Shown here: in pieces, positions 24,530 through 37,930 of the stretch | Layout of the letters: every line of letters starts with the position of its first letter | Numbering within the stretch: position 1 is the stretch's first letter | NCBI RefSeq assembly: GCF_036321535.1 | Contig: NC_087437.1 | Coordinates: forward strand, 93,684,001-93,748,000 | Source of the DNA: Camelus dromedarius | Lineage: Eukaryota | DNA: 64,000 nt | Direction of reading: 5' to 3' | The notes under the pieces: model-generated | Told to the model about the DNA's origin: nothing | The model's input: only the letters and a program-made list of their open reading frames with translations | The model's database searches: none | Program-made: the position numbers and the translations under genes

Positions 24530-25845
24530 CCCTATGAGTCATTCCAGGGTCCTTGTCTTTTTCCTGTCTGCATATCTCCTTTAGTGATTGCCTTAATATT
24601 ACAACTGTTAATTCCTTTACATGAAGGTTTACCTTTTCCAGCTCTTACCTTTTACTGAGTTTAACCTCATATATTCTACTATCCAGTTTACACTTCACCT
24701 TTAATGCCTAATATACAACTTAAATTTAATGTGGCCAAAATACTCTCTTCCCGCCAGACCTCCTTGTCTCAGAAATAAAACAACTATCTTGCCAGTTGTA
24801 AAAGCCAAGTAGTTGAGAATTATCCATTATTCTCCTCTTTCCTCCCATCCAGCATTTAACTAAATTATCAAGTTTTATAATGTTATTTTCAAAACTTGTC
24901 CCTTCTTTTTCATTTTCTGGGGATAAGCCATAATTATTTCTTTCCTGACCTTCCACAGCAGCCTCCTAACTCACCCCTGCTTTCATTCTTGTGTTCCATG
25001 CTGACCGATTCCATGTGTAGAATGATAAACGACCTTTATTATTTTTTACTGATATTTCAGGTTATATCACAGCTATACTTAAAGTTATCCAATAGATTTC
25101 CATCATTCTAAAATAAAAACCCATCCTTTACCCTGGTTTATCTGGACCTATTCTAACTCTTTCCTCTTAATACCACTCCATTTTTATGTATCACACTATA
25201 GATGCACTGGTCTTTATGTTCCTGGAAACTTCTGAATTTATTCCTCTGAGAGACCTTGTATTTCTCTTTCTCTGTTGAAAGGTCTTTTTTTTTTTTCTCT
25301 TTTTCTGAAGATATAACTTCTTTTTTCAGTCATTCATTTCTCAGCAGAAATATTTTTCTTTTATACATATGAGTATTTGTAATTCCACCAAGGTGGAATT
25401 TCTTTACACAAACATTTTCTCCATTCCTGCAGCTGAGAATACCACATTCTGGCAACAATACTGGTTTTTTTTTTCCCCCTACAAACAAACATTTCTTTCT
25501 CATCTTCTCTGAGTTGGACTCTGTTTCTCCATTTGAAATATATTACTGAAGGTTTAACAAGTGTAGGAGTGCCCTTTCCTTTAGGAATAAGGCACACAAG
25601 TCTTGTATTTTCTAGTCCACAATATCCGTATTGTCTTGCTCAAAGATGTTCTACTCTCTTGTTTCCCCTCTTCCACATATTGCTCACTATTTGCTATTTT
25701 CTTTGTATGTTAACTTAACTGTCTATCTGACCCTCACTCAGTCACAATCATGTAAGCACCAGGAAGCAAAGACATTGTCTCTCTTGTTTACTGTTCTGCC
25801 CCATGTGCCTTACACAGTGCCTAGTACAGTAAATATTTGTTAATC
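24530..25845 (+). mobile_element. L2 LINE 3' portion, fragmented
   Basis: ACTTAAATTTAATGTGGCCAAAA (LKLNMSK-like segment) and 3' end TGTAAGCACCAGG..CACAGTGCCTAGTACAGTAAATATTTGTT. Confidence 0.75.
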
Positions 25846-28800
25846 AAAGGTATATGTCAGTTTAGTTGGTGATTAGGCCTCCTGTGAATCAAGTCACATC
25901 AGAATTTTACAGCTGAGAGAAGATAATGTAGTTGTTTAGTCTGTGGGAAACTGACAAAAGATTGTCCCCACCTTTCTCAGTAATTAATACTCCAGCCAAG
26001 ATTTGTAGAACTTGTTGACACTCTCTGGAGAGAGAGGAACCTGCATGAAGAAAATGAATAAATTGCGTGTGAAGAGGGGAGAGAAAATTGCGAGATGTTG
26101 AAGCTAAATAACATTAATGTGCAATTTGGCATAAAAGTAGGAGTGGGTGGTCTCCTTGGAAAAAAACTGAACAGCTTGGTAAGGTGGGCACTTTAATGGC
26201 AAAATCTGGAGAAATCACACTTGCAGTGAATGCCATCCTCATCACTAATGAGCATATACAAGGGTAGAATGCAGCTCTACCTGGGCCACGTGAGGAAGAA
26301 CAAAATACAGGTGAAACTGACCAGTAGGGCCACACAATGTGGCGAGTGGAAAGAAGGCTGAGCAGTCAGCTGAATGCATTGATGTGACAGCAGGTTTCAA
26401 AACTATATTTAGCTCTCTGAATTCTGCTCTTGCTTTCAGTAGCTTTGAATAGAGAGAATAATGGTTCCTTTTCCTTGGTGCCATCACTCTAAATTCCAGA
26501 GGATATTGTGTAGCATGATAACTTATATTTCAGAATCTTAAGATGTTTGAATAGATGAAAAAAGGTTAATTGTTGATTCTTATCAATTTTCTGCCTCTGC
26601 AGGATGCTTGTATGCTTCTCTGTGTAAGTGATTGACTTGTATAATTATATGCATGTCTAAGTGCTGCTTTTTGAGAGATGACATCAGTGGATTTAAAGAT
26701 TTTGTTCTAGATTGTCTTTCAGAATTATTTCAAATGCCTTCTTATATATAATTATTTCTGTTTGCCCTGAACAAAAGTGGGCCAAATTTATGCTAAGTGT
26801 TATGACACTTTATTTCTCTAATAATATATACTGGTATGAAGCATTTTTATGTCTGGAATCTAGTTTTCTATCATAACTTTCTTTTGGCAGGGAGTTAATG
26901 CATTATTCTGTTCACTCAACAATCTCTCCATCCACCCACCCATTTATTCAGCCATAATTTTTGCAGAACTCCCATTGTAGCAGACACTGAGATTTGCCCT
27001 CGTGAGACCAGTTATGAATAACGTACGTTCTTTTCATTGGAGAGGTTACAGGTATAGAGAGGTGAGATACACAAATGAGTATTTTGAAAACAATGTGATA
27101 ATTACTATAACCATATTATGTGCATAGTACTTTGCCAAGTTCTCTTATTTTTCTTTATGCTTATAAAGCTTTATCAAAATGAGGTGCCCTTGATGTCAGA
27201 CATTAATTGGACACCCTGGAAGGCTAAGGCATATTAGATAAAGGAAATAAAATACAATGTTTTGTTTATGTTTATTAAAATGGGTATTAACTGTTGGGAA
27301 CAAAAAATAAAAGTTAATTATCTTGCTCAGCACTCTTGTAAGGGTTCATAAGACATGCTTTACTCTCTAAAACCATTATAATGAGAGAGAGTAACAAAAG
27401 ATTAACCCAAAGGAAAGAAAGAGGTGGAAGAAATTTGATAGTAAAATGTATATTAAAAAGGAAATGCAAGTGAATACAGATGAACTTTATCAGTAACAAG
27501 AAAATGATAGCTTTCCAGCTTAATTTACTTTGGCAAACACTTGCATGTATGCAATGGGAATATAATCTAAACACCTTACTAGAGAATATATCTCTTTGCT
27601 GCAGCTTGCTTATCACACCAATAGATACATAATGCTTGCAGGAATAATTCATGGTTAAATGTGTTGTGTTAGCTGTTACCAAGAAAACTGAAGGGAGAAA
27701 TACATTTGCCAAAGTACTTAATATGATTTCTTTAAAAACCTACTCGAATTTAGGAGACCTACACTGATAATTTACGTTACTAATTTAGTATCAGCATCTT
27801 ATGTGGTGAAAGCAAATTAAATGGTCTCTACAGCAGAAAAAAATACTATAAAATCTTTAGTCAAATTACTTTTGTGAAATGTATCACGACACATTAGTAA
27901 GAAGTTAATAAGATATTTGTGTAAATTGAGAGATTGTGTGCTTATGATCCTTAGTCATATTGATAATACAGTTAAAATTACATCATGATCTTTGTATTAG
28001 TAAGATGGAAGAGACTTGATGAAAACCATTCTACTTTATTACTCATTAGGAAAATGCATCCCAGTAAATGCAAAGATTTTTAATGCAAAATTTTTAGATT
28101 TTGGATTTTCCAATGCTTTAAAAATGCAATTTTTGATGTAAATATTCATATGAAATTCAACTACACAGTGGTATTGATTCAATTGTTAGGATAGAGATGG
28201 CCTTTCAGATGAACACATTACATTTCTTTCACTGTTTCTCTGCTATCAAGCCCACCCCATTCTTATCGGAGTGTCGGACATCTGGATCTCTGCTCACGTA
28301 CAGTTGTGTAGAGTCACTTGTCTATGGACTACATTCTCAAACTCTGCTTTTTGACAGTCAGTTTACATGCATTGTACGTCGTAGTAAACATCTGCCTTCG
28401 GCAGTTGCAGTTACCTTATCAGTGACAGCAGGAAAAAAAATAAAATCTTTGATGAGACATTTTGTCCAATATGCATAATTCACTGCCTGGAAGCATTTCA
28501 GTTTTCATGTTGATTTCTAATTAACATTATATAATCTTAGATCCTGTATATTGGGAAAATATTACATAATAACAATAATTTAACTTTGTAGATGAACTAA
28601 ATTAGCTAAAACAGTTTCTCAGGCTAGAATCTACACACAGTTTAGGAACTACAATATTAATATTACTTGCAATGGTGTATGTTTTTTAGGTTTATTTGAT
28701 AATGATTTATATGCTTGACTTAGCTTACTAGTTGTGTTAAGAGTACATATATATACAATTATACTAGATAAACTAGTTATATCTAATTTCATATGTCTAA

Positions 28801-29039
28801 GTATTTGCATTACATTATTATAAGAACAAAATATTCTGGGTGTTCAAGATAATCTAAACATTTCAGGTTTTGAATTAAAAAAAAGCTTCAAACATGCAAA
28901 ATTCCCTTTATATCAAAACCAGATTCTCACTTATTTTTTATTCTCAAAATTCAATTCCCCAATATATTTTAACAAGAATATTATAAAATCATGCACACTT
29001 TAGATACTTGCTTTCTGAATTGTTTTATTTTTGCTTGTA

Positions 29040-29293
29040 ACTTTTTAATTAAAACTTTATTTTTAGCACAGTTTTGGGTTCACAGTAAAATTGAAAGGAA
29101 GGTACTTATACCCCCTATATCTAGTCACATACCCGCTGCCTCCACACATGCATAGCCTCCTCCCTTTATCAGCATCTCCCACCAGAGAGGTATATGATGA
29201 ACCTGTGTGGACACACCATAATCAGCCAAAGTCCACGGTTTACATCAGGGTTCACTCTTGGTGATGTACAGTCTATGGGTTTGGACAAATGTG
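29040..29293 (-). mobile_element. L1MC1-like 3' end
   Basis: CAGTTTTGGGTTCACAGTAAAATTGA..CCAAAGTCCACGGTTTACATCAGGGTTCACTCTTGGTG..CTATGGGTTTGGACAAATG. Confidence 0.8.
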
Positions 29294-31344
29294 CTCACAA
29301 TTTTTTGAGTCTGGAAATATGAGAAGACTTGGCTGGAATGTGTGTGTCTAATGTATGTGTCATAAACTAGAGGGCCAGGAAGTGAAAGAACATTTCCATG
29401 CTGGCTTCTTCCCTCACTTACCTAGTTAGTGCTTTGGTGGACACGAAGGTTGGACTCAGTGGGCATCTTTCCCTTTGCATACCATCTCCAGGCGTCTCCA
29501 TTTTGTCTCATACGTGACGGACTAGGGCTCGAGATACCAGTGCAGAAGCTTCTACTCCTTTCAAAGTCCAGCTCGAAACTGACACAGTGTCTCTTCATCA
29601 CACCACTGAACATCGTAGTTACCCATTGTCTGTATTCAAAGGAGGGAAAGAAGGTCACATTTTTCTGTGGAAAAAATGACAAGCAATTAGGGGCTCTCTT
29701 TAATTTATCTCAGTAGGAAATTCTAAGACACTCTTTTTTCAGGTTATAAGCTTGAGCAGAAATTCTGTTGAATAAAATAAGGTGAAGTATGCATGCTATA
29801 AAATCTAAGTATAGTTAAGAGAATTTGTTAGGTTTCATAATTTGAGACAACTTTATTATCCAGAAAAGTTAAATTCATTTATTAGTTCTTTGCCTCTTTT
29901 GTTTTAACGTAAACAGGAATATCATTGAGAAGATTTGCCTCGTGGGTGTTTATTAAAGAGTGCATCTGTGTCCCAAGCCACTTATAAATGCTTGTCAGTA
30001 TTCACACAGACTAGCAATGTATAGATGGTACATTTTGGCTCATTATAAGTATATGTAAATATAAACTCATTAAAATATCTCAGAATATGTCCAAGTTTTG
30101 GTGATTCAAAACAGTTATAAAATGGTAGATTCTGAAACTCAAAGGAACTGTAGGTTTTTTTGGGAAAGACCCGCTATCCCATTTTCTTTAAAAAATTTAG
30201 ACATTATTTTATAGGTGACGAATAACAGACTAAAACTTAGTGTACTACTTTCCCAAAGATGTAGAAGTCAAATGTAGCACATTTTGTTAATCCTCAGGGA
30301 CAATGAATTGATTATTATAAAATTATTAAAGTCGTTCAGATATGACAACAATGAACTGAACAGCATTATGTTATCAGGCACTTGGATGTGCACTCTGTAT
30401 ACATTATCTTATTTGATCCTGTTATCGTAAAAGATATATATTATGTTCTTCGCTATTAGGTGACATTTTGAAATTAGTAAGATTAATCTAAGTTGATGCT
30501 GGGAAATAATTTCTCTGTTTAAACAAGGGACAGTTTGGTTCCTCACCACAAAGAAAAATACATCTCATTTGTACTGGAGAGAAATGTAAAAAACGAAAAC
30601 CTGAAAATATTTTGCAACTATTTTTCTAATTTTTTTAAGCTGGAAGGACTTTCTTGAAACAACAAATAACAATAACCAAAAAAAAAAAAAAGGTAAAGAC
30701 TAACTAAATCATTAAGGAAATAATGGGTAGATTTTACTGCCATATATTGAAAATCTTATAGATGACAAAGACCAGTATAAATATATTTGTAAAAAAATCA
30801 AAAACAAAGCAAGACAACTGTAAGTAAACACAATAAATTCAAAGAACAGAAAAAATAAGTTGAATATATCATCCCTACCCCGCACTTCTCCCTTACTACC
30901 ACATACAAATGCTAAAACTTAAGAGACATTGGTGACACTTCATAACCGGGCCTTTAGGTGATATATCTTTGTCCACACAGTTAGGCATCACAGAAATATA
31001 TTTTGAATCCAATTTATTTGACACCATATCTATTGCTCTTTGTAATTAGAGCACAATGTTTTTGTAGTATACAATGCTCCTTTTTTATGTTTATTCCATT
31101 CTTTGAATTACAAATATCGATTCAATACCAACCAATGGCTGCATACTAGAAATTCTTCCTTATTCGGTTATTTTTCTCCTCTAAAGTTTTCATTTTATTA
31201 CTTTTTTTTTCTGCTAATAAAGACTTGCTAAAAGGCAGAGGAGGTGGAGAGAGAAAGAGATAATCATCATCATCACTGTAAAAAAAATAACCTTGAGTTT
31301 ATTCACCCAACCTTGACATTTAATCTTTCCAGAGATCATTGTAA

Positions 31345-31389
31345 GTGTATATATATATATATATATACACACATATATATATATATATG
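31345..31389. repeat. (TA)n/(CA)n microsatellite
   Basis: Directly visible. Confidence 0.95.
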
Positions 31390-31692
31390 TGATGCTCTGC
31401 ATACTTATGAATAATCTCTCTTTTTTCTTTTTTACTTCATATATCATTGATGTCTCCACAAATTCTGAAGATTTAACTACTATCTATTATTTATTTATCA
31501 CACACCCTTGCCTTTGTTTCTTTTGTCTCTTACTGAATTGAAGAAGTTATTTATATAAGAAGACTTTATCTTGTTATCTGTCATATCTCTTACAATTATT
31601 GTTATTCAGTTAATAATTTTTTGTAATTTTCACCTTTAGTTTTATTTCATGGTATCTAAAAATTTATGGAACAAAACTTGTATTTTTAAAAA

Positions 31693-31828
31693 TTTTTTTT
31701 GAGAGGAGGTAACTAGGTTTGTTTGTTTGTTTGTTTATTTCTTTATTTATAATAGAGGTCCTGGGGATTGAATCCAAGATCTCATGCATGCTAAGCACAT
31801 GGTCTACTACTGAGCTATACCCTCCCCC
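31693..31828 (-). mobile_element. tRNA-Ala-derived Vic-1-type camelid SINE
   Basis: The reverse complement GGGGGAGGGTATAGCTCAGTAGTAGACCATGTGCTTAGCATGCATGAGATCTTGGATTCAATCCCCAGG has Pol III A and B boxes and tRNA-Ala similarity, followed by an (AAAT/AAAC)n tail. Confidence 0.88.
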
Positions 31829-33872
31829 GAATTTCTATTTTTGCATAATAAATTGCATCAGGTTTTTCCTTTATGATATATGCCTTTGCTACCATTTCCT
31901 TGTTATTCAATGTGTAATACAAGTAATAAGTAGTTCTAGAATGAAATCGGGTGCACATGAGTATTAAGCATAAGGATTTAGTGGTTCTAGTTAGGTGTTA
32001 ACTCAGGGAACAATTCTTAATTATACTTTTTTTCAGTTTGTGGATTGATCCTGAATTGACGGTGATAAACTTGCAGTTTGACTTGACTTTTCTTTTCCTT
32101 TCCCTTCCTTCTTTCCACAAATATTTATTGATTACTTTCTACATACTAAACATTAATCATATCAGAAGATGAATGAGACATATGCCATTATGGTAATACA
32201 CATAAAATATTAAGTTGGTGTTACCTCAATCACTCTTTTTCTTGATGTCAAACAGTGATGGCACTGAATGGCAGTTTTAAACTATGTGCTTCTACTGAAT
32301 ATATTGAGTCCTGGAGGAGTATTCTGGAATAAATTGTAGATGACATCAGTCTTTTTTTTTTTTTTTTTTTTCAGTCCATCTCTGCCCATGACTAGGTATT
32401 TGACTCTTTGTCAGGCTTTAAACCTCCTTGTGTCTATTTACAGGCATAGAAGATAAAAGGTTCTTTATTTCTTACATAACTACAACCAGCAAAACTTGCA
32501 ATGCTGAAATTGGTATGAGAGACATAGATGCTAGCTGCTAGGGCATTCTTTATTGGATTGAAATACAAATACAGATCTCTCATTAGATTTCCTATTAATC
32601 ACTCAGTCCTTACCATATAATTTTATTAGGAGTCCTCACAGTCCAAAATCATCTCAGAATACTGGAGCTTAGTTTAACAATAGCATTAGTCCAGTTTCTA
32701 ATCCACAAATGGGGAAAGTAAAGTTTTATCGACATATTTGCTCCTGATTTTTACATGCTTTCATATTTACGTTTTCTGCCATTGAAAACTGGCCACTGTC
32801 AGCCTCAGACTCACTGCTCTTGCTCAGGCCTCAGCGACCCCAGCGTTTGAAGTTTTCGTAATTTGCACACTCATGCTCAGCATGATCCCAAACAACAGAT
32901 TTGATGACAATGTACATGGATGTTGAAGCTTTTCCACCTCAGCCACACGTGGGCTGAAACTAGCTCTTCCCAATAAACCTCTAACCCTGGAATTGTGTCT
33001 AAAGTCAGTATAGACAATCATCTTTCCTGGTATGATCCATTTTGGAATTTTTATGACTCTTTCTTGCTAACACTCATTGGTTGGAACCATCTCACTTCAT
33101 CAGCCCGCAGTAATAATATTAAAGCTCAACAAGGAAATGATCTTAATCATTCTTCGGGGACAGCTCCTTGGATCCTATGAAAATGTGCTCATCTCCTTCT
33201 CAGTAAGCAACTTTGCATAGGATGGATTGTAACTGCTAACTTCACAAGAAGCTCTGGTACTTGTTTCCCTCAGGAATGCTTATGCAACCACTAACCTTAA
33301 CTCTGCAGAATTAACAGTTGATTTTCAAAGAGCCATAAAAGAAAATCCTAGGGAAGATTTGCCCACAAAAACAAGGGCACATCTGGAAGCATCTTAAAAT
33401 ATATATATATATATATATATTTTATTCAGCTACATATAGAGATGGAATTATTTCATAATATTTTACATGATCTTAAAAACCCACATATGAAGTTTGCTTT
33501 TTCAGATACAATTTTTTAATGAATTAATGGATGTAAATTAAACAAAATCATTCTTTTCTTTGTGTAAATTTTACTATCCATTTTACTGTCCGTAGTAGGA
33601 CAAAAATTTATAACTTACAAGTATAATGAAAATTTGTAATTAAATTCTTCTTTGGAGTTAGTACATAAAAGAACTGAAAAATATACATGACTGGAAGTAT
33701 GTATATAACATTGTTTCTGAGTATTTAAAATTTTATACACTACCATTTGGTACTGGTATTTTCATAGCTCACATTTATTCGTACCTGTGATTACTGCCTC
33801 TATCAACCCCAGTTACCCTAAGCCTCACCTCAGTTGAGCACTCCAGGCATAATTGTACAATTAAAAATTTTA

Positions 33873-34756
33873 TGTGAGTTATTAAGTCATGATTTCCCAG
33901 CTCCAAATACATCTTTCTGTACTCTGCTTTGTCACGCTGACACTGGAGTCTACACAGGACATTTCTTCATGATCAGTTGGCTTCCTGTTAGGGTCCTCCA
34001 GTAGAGGTCAGGGGGTGAGATTGGAAGTCTGGAAGAATGAAAGGAGACTAGGTTCTCCTTGTGTCTTTGGTCCCTGCTGAGCAAAAATCCTTCTCCCTGG
34101 CAGCAGTGGTTTGCCCTGGTGTCCAGTTTCTTTCTTCCCTAGCAGAGCTAGTCTCCTGGCATCCTCAGAGGCACCAGCTCTGTGGTACTGCCACGTAGAG
34201 GCCTGAGTCCCGGTTGTGGGAACGACCTTCTTCCAAGCTGCAAACACAGCCACCCAGCACCCCTTCTGAGAAGTCGGTTCCTAACCTAGTGGATCCCTTC
34301 TCCAACCTTCCCAGTTCAGATACCACAACCTCACTTCCTCTGTTCTCCCAGACATAGGTATTTTCTGCAGTTACTAACTGCAAATTTAGTCTTCCCTTCT
34401 GGTCTTTTTCAGTGTTCTATCCCCTGGTTAATAAATTCCTATTATTATATTCTCTTTTTTATTTATTTTTAATTTTTTACTGAAGTATAGTCAGTTTACA
34501 GTGTGTCAGTTCCTGGTGTGACACACAATAGTTCAGTCATACATATACATACATGTATTTATTTTCATATTCTTTTTCATTACAGGTTACTACAAGATAC
34601 TGAATATAGTCCATGTACTATACAGTATAAACTTGTTCATCTATTTTATATATAATAGTTAGTGTCTGCAAATCTCGAACTCCCAATTTATCCCTTTTCT
34701 TAATTGAGACAGCCATTGTGGTTTCTTTTTCCCTCACTGAAACCCGACCAATGAAA
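33873..34756 (+). mobile_element. LTR33-like ERV-L LTR interrupted by an L1 fragment
   Basis: CTGTACTCTGCTTTGT..ACATTTCT..TGGCTTCCTGTTAGG..CTCAGAGGCACCAGC..CTGCAGTTAC..CCTGGTTAA. The 3' end resumes at about 34697 (TGTGGTTTCT). Confidence 0.8.
34454..34696 (-). mobile_element. Young L1 3' end (about 240 bp)
   Basis: TGAAGTATAGTCAGTTTACAGTGTGTCAG..TGCAAATCTCGAACTCCCAATTTATCCC is homologous to 43175-43420. Confidence 0.88.
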
Positions 34757-37349
34757 TATAAAACCTTTAACTGTAAATCTCATTAATACCTATATTTACT
34801 GCCACAGTGAAAACCAAACCTGTATAGCAAGGAGTAGCAAAAGTCGTATGGATAGTCGTAAATTAGCCCTGAGATTCTTTTATAAAACCTCCCATGAAAA
34901 TGAATTAGTCATGAAGAGGAAATATTCTTGGACAGCTTTACCTTTTTCTGTCTAAATTGGTTATCTGCTTTCTCCTTTGTTACTTGGGAAGTGTTTTTTT
35001 TAAGTTATTTCAGAAATGGCAGTAGCTTTTTTATTAATATTTTACTTAGAAAACTAAAACTTTTCAGTTAACTGAATCCTAATATGGTGAATTTTAAGAT
35101 CATTATTTGGGATTGCCTGCAAAGACAGAGTAGTGTTAAAGTCTGTTTTATCAATTAAAAAGTGTTATTTTTCCCCACTTTAGGATAAGAAAAGGAATAG
35201 TTCTGTTAAATTTTAAAATGATTAATTCAACAAGTAATTCTACTGGGGCCTGGCATTTTCTTAATTATACTTACACTTCATGCAAACTACAGATTGGATT
35301 AGAAAGAAATCAACAATTCCAATCAAAGCTTTTCTATTTTACAACAAGAAAAAAATACTGAGTGTGAATTGTGAGGTTCAATAGTAACTACTTGCTAATT
35401 TTGAGGCACAAAGCCCTGCCTCATTTAATCATTTCAAAAAAAGCTTAGTGCCTGCCTTGCATTTTTTTTACTATGTAAATAATAAAGATGCAACAATAAA
35501 GAACACTTTTTGCCACTGAGAAGTTAAAAATATAGTCAAAAGGATGAAATTAAAAATACATAAGTTCATTAAAGATGGTAATATAGTACAGTAGTAACTG
35601 TTACTAAGAACTGAATACATTTGAGAGAATGGATAAGAAGTGGTAGAAGATGAAGGAAAAATAACTGAAATGTTACATATGATGAGATAGCTGTTGTCTT
35701 ATTTCTCACTCATAAACATTTACAAGGAAAAATTGCTGAGGAATATTAGCAATGATAAAGAAGAAAGTCATGAAAATGAATTGAGGAGAGCTGTGAGATA
35801 TGAGATCTGGTGAACAGTGTAAACTGATGGAAAAAGTGTTCATTAAAATGGAAAGTAAACCAAGACCAATGGGAACATGTTTTGAAAGTTTATCAGTCCT
35901 GTAATATCTCAAGTTGAAATAGTTCCCAATTATGAGAAGCACCTGCTGTGAATTTTGGTATGGTCAAACCAGAAAGTTTAAAGTTAATGTGGCACATAGA
36001 AATAAAATCTCTAGAGAAATATGTAAATTGTTCAAAAACAATTGACCAATGAGAAGTTTTTCTTTGGTTTTTGTGACAAAATGTGAAAATAAGTAGGAAA
36101 ATGTAGATTATGCATATAAATTGTCAATATCGGTATATTAGATGACAGAATTATTGCTTTTTATTAGGGCTTATTTTTTTCTAGGCAATTTATGTAAACA
36201 TATATATAAGCAGTTGATGTGGCAATTCAAAAAGAAAATATCAAGCTCAAAAATCTAATTATAAATCTAAATTTCTATATTCATACTCTATAATTCAAAA
36301 TATAGGATTTGATGAGACATAGTGAACACAGATATAAACACAAATTACTTATATGCATATGCATAAATATAAATAATGCATTTGTATGTAAGATATTATA
36401 TATACATATATAAACATTTAATACATGTGTGTATTTATAGAAATATATATCTATATAGTTTGCATATATACACACACATACACAAAATAAACTTTAAGAC
36501 AACAGTAAGGCAAATAGAGACAAGAAATGAATAATGGATAGTAAAAAGAAGCACCAGAAAATCCAGGTTAATTGTTTCTACAAATAAACGCAAAGCTTAT
36601 TTCAGATATTCCTGACTGCCAAAGTATAAAAATAATTCTCATTATTTAACATAAAAATGTATAAATCAGTTAAATGGACCTATAAAAATGTTTTTGAAAT
36701 ACTCTACTTTAATGTAGATAATACAATTAAAATTTTGTATTCATTACATTGTCTTGTCAAGTATACAGTAAGAAAATGCAAAAAGTAGAGTAATTTTATA
36801 GGAGTGTTAAAACATTTTTATTACCATTTTTAATTTTGATTCTCAATAAACTTTTGAGAATATTAAATTGTACTATGAGAATGCTGGGGAAGTGGCATAT
36901 TATGTTCTGGGCATGTTAAGTTTCTGTTGCCCTAAGTTGAGATCATAATAACATATGAAACTAGAAAAATAAAGTGAAAGCATGTAATTTATACAATTTT
37001 AATGTAATTTTTTTTAGTCGAACTTTGATGTGTTGGTAGTATAGAATTCCCAAAAGGTGATTGAAAGTAAAAATGTATTGAACACATTAGTCACATGGTT
37101 GACTAAGTTTTTATTTTTCTATACAATTAAAGTTTCAAATACTATTCAGAATGACAGTAAATATACTCTAGTTAATGGTTACATAAAACAAAGTGTGAAA
37201 TCTTAAAAACTTGATTTTGAACAAATAGACCAACTCCCCCCAGTACAAACCATATGTATCCACTTATGTAGAGTTCCCAAACAATATTAAATTCTACTAC
37301 TTAGAAATGGAAATACAATTGCCAATTAAGAAATATAAATAAATAATGA

Positions 37350-37930
37350 TGTTACTGCAGAAAAGGAAAAAAAGTCTTGGTTCTCGTCTTGCCCGAGGGA
37401 GAAAAATTCAAATGGCAGACAAAAGAGTTGTGTAATTAAGGATTTTACTAGCAAGGCAAAAGTACACCTTCCAAAAATGAACTGATCCAAGAGAGGAAAA
37501 GCAGTGAAGTCTCCCCGTAACCCCCCGCCCCTGTTTCTTTAGTGAGGTTATCTAGGGGCTGTCTTAAGCTAATTTGAAAGTTGACATCATTTGAGTGGCA
37601 TGTGTAGGTTATATTACCTTTTCCTTATTGCATATGCCCTTTCCCACAATGCATACATAAAAGCCCACTGTGGGTGTCAAAACTGCAATGCTAATTACAT
37701 TATAATGAACACTGGGTCATGTTGGGTTGGGTCCTTCTCCCCACCATGAGAACCAGCAGCTGTTTGGTTCTATCTGGTTTTACGCTGGCACTCATTTAGA
37801 GAAAGTAAAACTTTTTCAAGGCCCTTATTCTGAGCACAAGTGTACTGTTTTCTTCTAGGTTATTCCCTCCCCTTTCTACTCTCCTTGCTCAGTGCCCCTT
37901 AGATAGATAGTCCCATCTAACTGCCTAACA
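37350..37930 (-). mobile_element. ERV1-like solo LTR (581 bp), probably inserted in an old L1M fragment
   Basis: TGTTA..TAACA termini and near-matching TSD ATGA/ATTA. It shares the TGCAA..GCTAATT..TAATGA segment with the 21963-22618 LTR. Confidence 0.82.

Noticed and set aside
27314..27712. 132-aa hydrophobic ORF (minus strand)
   Set aside because: It has a non-ATG start, and its L/F/I bias reflects T-rich DNA. I recognise no homolog.
31755..31828. tRNA-Ala gene
   Set aside because: The stems are mutated and it carries a SINE-type simple-repeat tail, so it is a SINE.
32352..32401. Second 21-nt plus-strand microexon after a T-run
   Set aside because: The donor is weak (GTATTT), two of three frames have stops, and the acceptor is only a mononucleotide run.
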